From positions 1-44,154 of the forward strand of contig NW_014569490.1 in assembly GCF_000743755.1 (NCBI RefSeq): a DNA stretch of 44,154 bases. Direction: 5' to 3'. Positions within the stretch are counted from its first letter, which is position 1, and each line of letters begins with the position of its first letter. Of this stretch, positions 38,788 through 44,154 are shown one piece after another. A program made the translations under genes and the position numbers. The DNA is from Blastocystis sp. subtype 4. Taxonomy: Eukaryota. Below the pieces are notes generated by a model. The model was not told the origin of the DNA, did not search any database, and worked only from the letters and a program-made list of their open reading frames with translations.

Positions 38788-38803
38788 TGTTTGATAACAA
38801 ACA
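38788..38803. terminator. Back-to-back bidirectional polyA element TGTTTGAT/AACAAACA
   Basis: Near-palindromic 16-mer between convergent genes; each half lies 4 nt downstream of an in-frame T. Confidence 0.75.
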
Positions 38804-38807
38804 TAAC

Positions 38808-40542
38808 AAGCAAAGTGAATATACCCATCCTTCAAGACCAGCCCATGCTTCATAAGGAGTCGATCAGCCACCATAATGGGGCAACCACCAACAAATACTT
38901 GTTCAACGGTCAGCTTCAAATCCTCCAAGGACTTGACAGCTGCTTCCTTGTTAATATTCTTCCAAGTATTCAGAAGATCAAACACAAGCTCTGCCAGCAC
39001 TCCATCATAATGATCCTTCGCCTTCCACGACTCGATGATCGTTGCAATGGACAGAATGCCATCAGTAACCAAAAGGAAATAAAGATTACGGAAAACCACT
39101 ACCATGTTCTTGTTATTCTTACGCATCTTCGCATAGTCATTCAGTATACGCTCCACCACATGACTCAACACCTCTTTGGAGATCACTTCACGCCCCATCA
39201 GTTGGTGCAGCAATACAGCAGCACGACGCTGCTCCAGATCTGAGCATGTGCTCAGAGCCTTGATGGAGCAGAGAAGGAAGGTTTCCTGCTGCTCCTCATC
39301 AAATTTCTCCACCTCTTCAACAACATCCTCCACAACAAAGTTATGAACAAAATCCAACCACAAATTCTTACAGAAGAGAGTCAACTCATTTTGCTGACGG
39401 ATCTGCTCGGCCTCCTCCTCTGCAATCTCCTTCTTGGTATTCTTACGACGACCTGCTACAGACTTCTCCCAGTCCACAGTGACAGTGGATTCCATGTTCT
39501 TGTCCACTTCCACAGTGATTACCCACTTGGCATCCTTCAGATCCCGCAGAGAACGGATCTCATCAATCATCTCTTCAGGAAGAATACCTTCCTCCTGCCA
39601 CAGATGTAAAGTACGGAAGATCTCATCAATTGTTAATTTGTTAGCTGTCTCACGTTCCATGAATGAACCAATTGTACGGACCAGAGCCAACACATATCGT
39701 ATCTTATCGTGCTGTTTGGGATAGCCATGAGACATCTCAATCAATATACTCAGAATGATTTCTTCGTGTATCATCTCATTCACAAACAGATCGCCCAAGA
39801 AATGGAAGAATCCACAACGAGCATTCTGGTAGATGACTCGTGCTTCAGCTGCCATCTCTCCTTCCATCTTACTCCATTCCTCCTCAGGCTCCTTCTCCTC
39901 ATACTTAGCCTGACAACAGGTCAACAGACACGTCAGGAACAAACGTCTCTGCTTCTCGGTCATCTTCTCAACAACCACACGGAGAACAGCCACAAATGCA
40001 TCACAGTACAAGGCCTCAGTACAACAACGATTGATTATCGACTCGATAGCACTTTGAAGGACTTCGGACTCCTCAATATATCCATCTATGTTGTTGTATA
40101 GCATATCAGTAATCAACTCGGGATTGTCCAGAGTGAACTGATTCATAATGTTGCGAAGACCACGAACACGGGAATCTACACGAGCAGTGACGGGCACTTC
40201 CGTAGGGAATTCAGTAGCAGCAGGAATGACTTGCTCTTTTTCAGCAATCAAGTCAGCTTGTTCCTTCAACATCTCCGATAATCTCTCATACCCAATAACA
40301 CAGTCTTCGTTGGGCATTTCAGGCATCTTTGTATTAGCCTCTCGAAGCTTCAACATGTCAGCAACGTCATAACGAATGATTCCATCAACATTTTCCATAT
40401 CAGGGACATCAGTCATAGCCATTGCTGCCTTCTCCTCCTCAGTTACTTCAATCTTGCGGAAACCATGCTTACGGAAAGGGAAGGGTCTTACTTTCTTCTC
40501 CTCGCTGTCAGACTTCTTAGAATAATTGGGTCGAAAACTCAT
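38808..40542 (-). CDS. eIF4G-like protein (MIF4G plus MA3-like domains), intronless
   Basis: IIRYDVADMLKLR (YxxxxL-like 4E-binding motif), VRGLRNIMNQFTLDN, FLTCLLTCCQAKYE, FLGDLFVNEMI. Stop predicted from polyadenylation at T38808. Confidence 0.75.
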
Positions 40543-40699
40543 TTGATCTTGTTTGTAGTATTACCATTCATCTGGGAGTTTCATTACGGCTAATTGGGCT
40601 TCCCCCTTTAATTCCCACAGTTGGCGCAACTCTGCATTCTCATAGAAATACCAGTCGTTGATTACACCTCCGTGTAATAGTGGATCAGGTCAACAGTTT

Positions 40700-41965
40700 A
40701 TGTTGTTTGTTCTGGAAGCATTCAATGGTGAGAGTTGGCCTGTGAGAATCATATCCAGGGGGATCTCACAAGCAGTTAGTTGATTTGTTGGAGAGAGAGT
40801 ACCAAACGAAAGTGATCTCATTGCCGGGGAAGAAATGGCATTGGAAAATGAGGTATTGAATTCTATACACCTAGTATCATAGAACGGGTGGCTTACTACT
40901 TGCTGATCAACTCACCGAAGCTCAATCTGTGAAAGACGGAGATACTCTATTTGCAACAAGTACATTCAATTTGTGTGATTTCCTTGCTTTACGACCAGAG
41001 TTCTTCAGGATCCGGAAAGTTATTGTATGTTTGGTTATTTACTGTAGATTTTGTACTTTCACGAGAATCAACTAAATTACCCGACCACCAAGGAAGAGGA
41101 ACGTGATTATCAGTTTGGATGGAACCAGATTCTGTCCTGTCTGGTTGCAGATGTTGTACTATTTAATTCCCAATGGAATATGAATTCCTTTTTGGACTCC
41201 CTTCTTCCTTTCATCAACCGATCTCCTGATAAGCAACCAAAGGATATCCGTCAACGTATCGAGTCAAAATGTTCTGTACTCTACTTTCCTATCCAAGTAA
41301 AAGACGAAGAAAATTGACACGATAGATAGAGAATTCTCTGATTATTGATAAAACAATATCTGATAAGAAATCTCCCTTACATATTGTTTGGAATCATCGT
41401 TGGGAGTATGATAAAGATCCGGAATCCTTCTTTTCTGTGTTGTTTGAGTTACATGCATCTCATGTGTGTTTCTCTCTATCAGTATTAGGAGAATCCTATG
41501 GTGAGGTCCCTGAAGTAGCTTTGTTAGGTTGATGATCAGGTTAGATCTTTGAGAAGGCAAAGGATGTGTTGAAGGATCACATTCTTCATTTTGGATATGC
41601 GGAATCGAAAGAAGCCTATTATTCAGTCTTGAGTCAAGCCGACATTTGTGTATCTACGGCTATTCACGAATTTTTTGGAGTCTCGGTAATTGAGGCTGCT
41701 CTCTTGGGTTGCTATTGTATCTGTCCAAATCGGCTATCGTAAGTCATTTCTAATTGAACAAGAGGTAGTTATGTGGAATTATTCGCTAGAGATCATTTGT
41801 ATAATACTCATTCTCAATTGCGCAAGATACTGAAAGATCTGTGTCTGCGACCTGAGAAAGTCCGTTTACGTGATATTCGTGCTGATGTGAATCAATTTCG
41901 TCAGTATCTTTGGAAGAATCAAAAGAAGAATTGGGACCAGGTGATATTCAACACTACAACGGAAT
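40700..41965 (+). CDS. GTDC1: GTDC1/QTMAN-like tRNA-queuosine alpha-mannosyltransferase (DUF3524 plus GT-B)
   Basis: LEAFNGGSHKQLVDLL...LPGKKWHWKM, YFHENQLNYP, QFGWNQILSCLVADVVLFNS, WNHRWEYDKDPESFF, VSTAIHEFFGVSVIEA. Stop predicted at T41965 (genomic TAA at 41977-41979). Confidence 0.88.
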
Positions 41966-41993
41966 TCAGTGTTTATTAAAGATAAAAAGAAAA

Positions 41994-42066
41994 CTCCGAA
42001 GCGGGGAATCGAACCCCGGTCGTCCGCGTGACAGGCGGAAATACTTAACCACTATACTACTTCGGA
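41994..42066 (-). tRNA. tRNA-Asp(GTC), identical to the copy at 13661
   Basis: Exact reverse complement of 13661-13733, followed by T-runs. Confidence 0.97.
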
Positions 42067-42119
42067 CCTGAAAAAACTCATTTTGAATAACAAATAAAGA
42101 GTGTATCCAGAAAACAAAC

Positions 42120-42825
42120 TTACAATTCATTCTCCAAAAGGGATCGAAAACGTTGTTCAATCTCTCGGTCAAGCAATGGACCATATTTCCAAGCAGATGC
42201 ATATACACCCATTTGATCGGCGGTAGCATTTTGTATATCTCTTACAATATCTCTTCGCATAACTGCATCCTTCTGGAAACTCGTAACGAGCAAATCAACG
42301 ATAGTCTCAATATCATTAATTGTTGATAGTCCATTTAGAATATAAACCATCTCAAGATTCAAATCAGTTCGGTTCTGTTGTAAGGATTTGCGAACATACT
42401 TTATCTTTCCAACTTCTAATGTCATTTGAGTGATTACATTATTCTATATAGAAATTGATGCAAATAATCTACAAACCGTTTCAGAGTCTCTAGACACTTG
42501 TTTTCCTTATCCAGAATATCCAGCTGAATCTACAGGGTAATATAATATTACTGTCCTACTCTCTCGAAAATCTCTGTATGGAAATCCATGAAAGGTGTCA
42601 AAGCGCCCCAATTGTCCGAATTAACATATCTATTATGAAGAAAACCCAAATGCATTACGTTAATTGTGTTACAGTGTTAGCATAATCCATGAGCTCTCCT
42701 AACGATTCTTCCATTAATTTATGATATTGTATTGACTGTTTTTGACATAATCGAAGTGCATTTTGCAACTGTGCTTGAATAGTCTCAAGTCCACCCTGAG
42801 AGCGTAATTCCGATGAACCATTCAT
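42120..42825 (-). CDS. Hypothetical helical protein
   Basis: ATG 42825 (MNGSSELRSQGG), ~30-nt introns, last exon ORF 42120-42425. Confidence 0.55.
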
Positions 42826-42876
42826 ATAGCCACAAACAATGTATGAAAAAAACAGAAATGCAATAAATGATACAAA

Positions 42877-43585
42877 CTACTGAACAAGAACACGATCCTC
42901 TTCTCCTTCCATCAGATCCCATAGCGTATTTGCAATATCGTACTCAGACTTTCCTGTTGGATCAATCTCGAAATCAATGACATCGCTAAACTTGGTGCGT
43001 GTAAGGATTCCTGCTACCGTAGGCTTCGAGTAGTCCCATTTGATCTTTGAGAACTCATGATATAGAACAAATATCTTTCTACACTTCACTCCTCTTCCAA
43101 AACTCAACTTAATCTTTTCTTTTGTTTTATTTGCCTCTTCTTTTGCCTTCTCACACTTGGATGCAAGTGCCACATACTCCTCTTCCAAACGAGCAATATC
43201 TGCCTCTCTAGTTCTGTAAATAAATAGCAATAACCAAAACATACAAAATATCACGACGTCCATTCTCCAATCGTTGTTTGGAAGCATCTCGTTCCTTCTT
43301 CAATTGCTCCAACTGTTCGCGTTGTTCTTCAATCACTCTAGATAATTCTACAGCACTTTCCTGTTCATCTGCTTCTGCTTGCAAATCTATGATCAAGGAG
43401 AGATATCACTGAAAACCTTTTGCTAATCCACATAACGATTCTTCAGCATGATGAAACGCATCTCGTTCATTGTTTAAGATCGAGACAGCTTCTTGGACGG
43501 TTTCAGCATCCTCTTGAGGACTCAATACTTCCGTCAGTTGAGATACTAGCATATCAACGGATGTCCAATCAATTGAACTCTCCAT
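42877..43585 (-). CDS. SPC24: Kinetochore Spc24-like protein
   Basis: Long coiled coil followed by LYHEFSKIKWDY...FEIDP...SEYDIANTLWDLM. Confidence 0.65.
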
Positions 43586-43922
43586 TCTTGTTTTTTAGAG
43601 ATACTCAAATCTGGTCCCAAAAAGAATGAAATTGTATTTGTGGTAAATACTCGGTAACTGTTGTCCATATATCATCTTTGATTGTGAGTGAGGATGTAAT
43701 CTTCGTAAGTAGCGTGCAAGAAATGCTAATAAGAAAAAGGAAGTGAGTAGAATAATATGGCTGATATGAGAAGAGATGTGGTAGTGTGATGTAAACAAAT
43801 TGTTTGTTTGAGTGATTTATTTGATGGTAAATTGAATGAAATTAATTATTTACGATGAAACAAGGGTTCAATATATGGGAATCAAAACGAATCGGATTAC
43901 TAAATCTGTGAATAAACACTCA

Positions 43923-44154
43923 TCATTTCATAGAAGTATCAGTTTGGAATACTGATACTCTATTAGTTTGTAACTTGGGTTGATGAATTGATTCCCATGA
44001 ATCAGTTTTAGGTATCATCGAACTGAATATCATATTATCTTTATCAGATAGAAAGAATGATTGATAATAAGAATATGAGTGTAGATAATGTTGAATCAAT
44101 ATCAAAGAAGATGAATGGAGTAGAATGGAGAATGAAGTGGAAAGAGTACTTGAA
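43923..44154 (-). CDS. 3' end of a gene extending beyond the window
   Basis: Open frame ending TGA at 43923-43925, with TGTTTATT (43918-43911) four nt downstream. Confidence 0.35.
   Translation of the reverse strand, partial: SSTLSTSFSILLHSSSLILIQHYLHSYSYYQSFFLSDKDNMIFSSMIPKTDSWESIHQPKLQTNRVSVFQTDTSMK

Noticed and set aside
13661..42066. Inverted identical 73-bp repeats as termini of a mobile element
   Set aside because: They are tRNA-Asp genes; the enclosed DNA is housekeeping genes with no transposase or integrase.
43626..43808. Possible micro-exon gene ending at TGTTTGTT 43801
   Set aside because: Two intron-like units exist, but I could not build an ATG-initiated open frame; insufficient support.

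Overview
Gene-dense eukaryotic nuclear DNA with the hallmarks of Blastocystis (a stramenopile gut protist): about 40% GC (estimated by eye), intergenic gaps often under 100 bp, GT-AG introns of almost uniform ~30 nt, and the TGTTTGTT polyadenylation element at gene ends. I reconstruct about 24 protein genes, including NFX1, a SAM-methyltransferase/TPR protein, a GT49 glycosyltransferase, a nucleolar FKBP, mitochondrial ACP, a PDI-like protein, KTI12, HINT, beta'-COP, a DHX57-like helicase, DnaJ, ATCase, ArgRS, a potato-type-I protease inhibitor, RPL28, METTL25-like, ABHD11-like, Cramped/TKI1-like, MSI1/RBBP4-like, eIF4G-like, GTDC1/QTMAN and Spc24. There are also two identical tRNA-Asp(GTC) genes. 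Main findings: (1) a minus-strand, apparently non-coding host transcript at ~23.3-23.9 kb carrying about 5 box C/D snoRNAs with LSU rRNA guides in two long introns that abut at a putative zero-length exon; (2) each tRNA-Asp gene sits tail-to-tail with a wobble-modification gene, one of them QTMAN, whose known substrate is tRNA-Asp; (3) several stop codons predicted to be created by polyadenylation, including a back-to-back bidirectional signal; (4) a start codon split by an intron. All calls come from reading the sequence and recalled family motifs; no searches were run. Gene coordinates are outer spans including introns.
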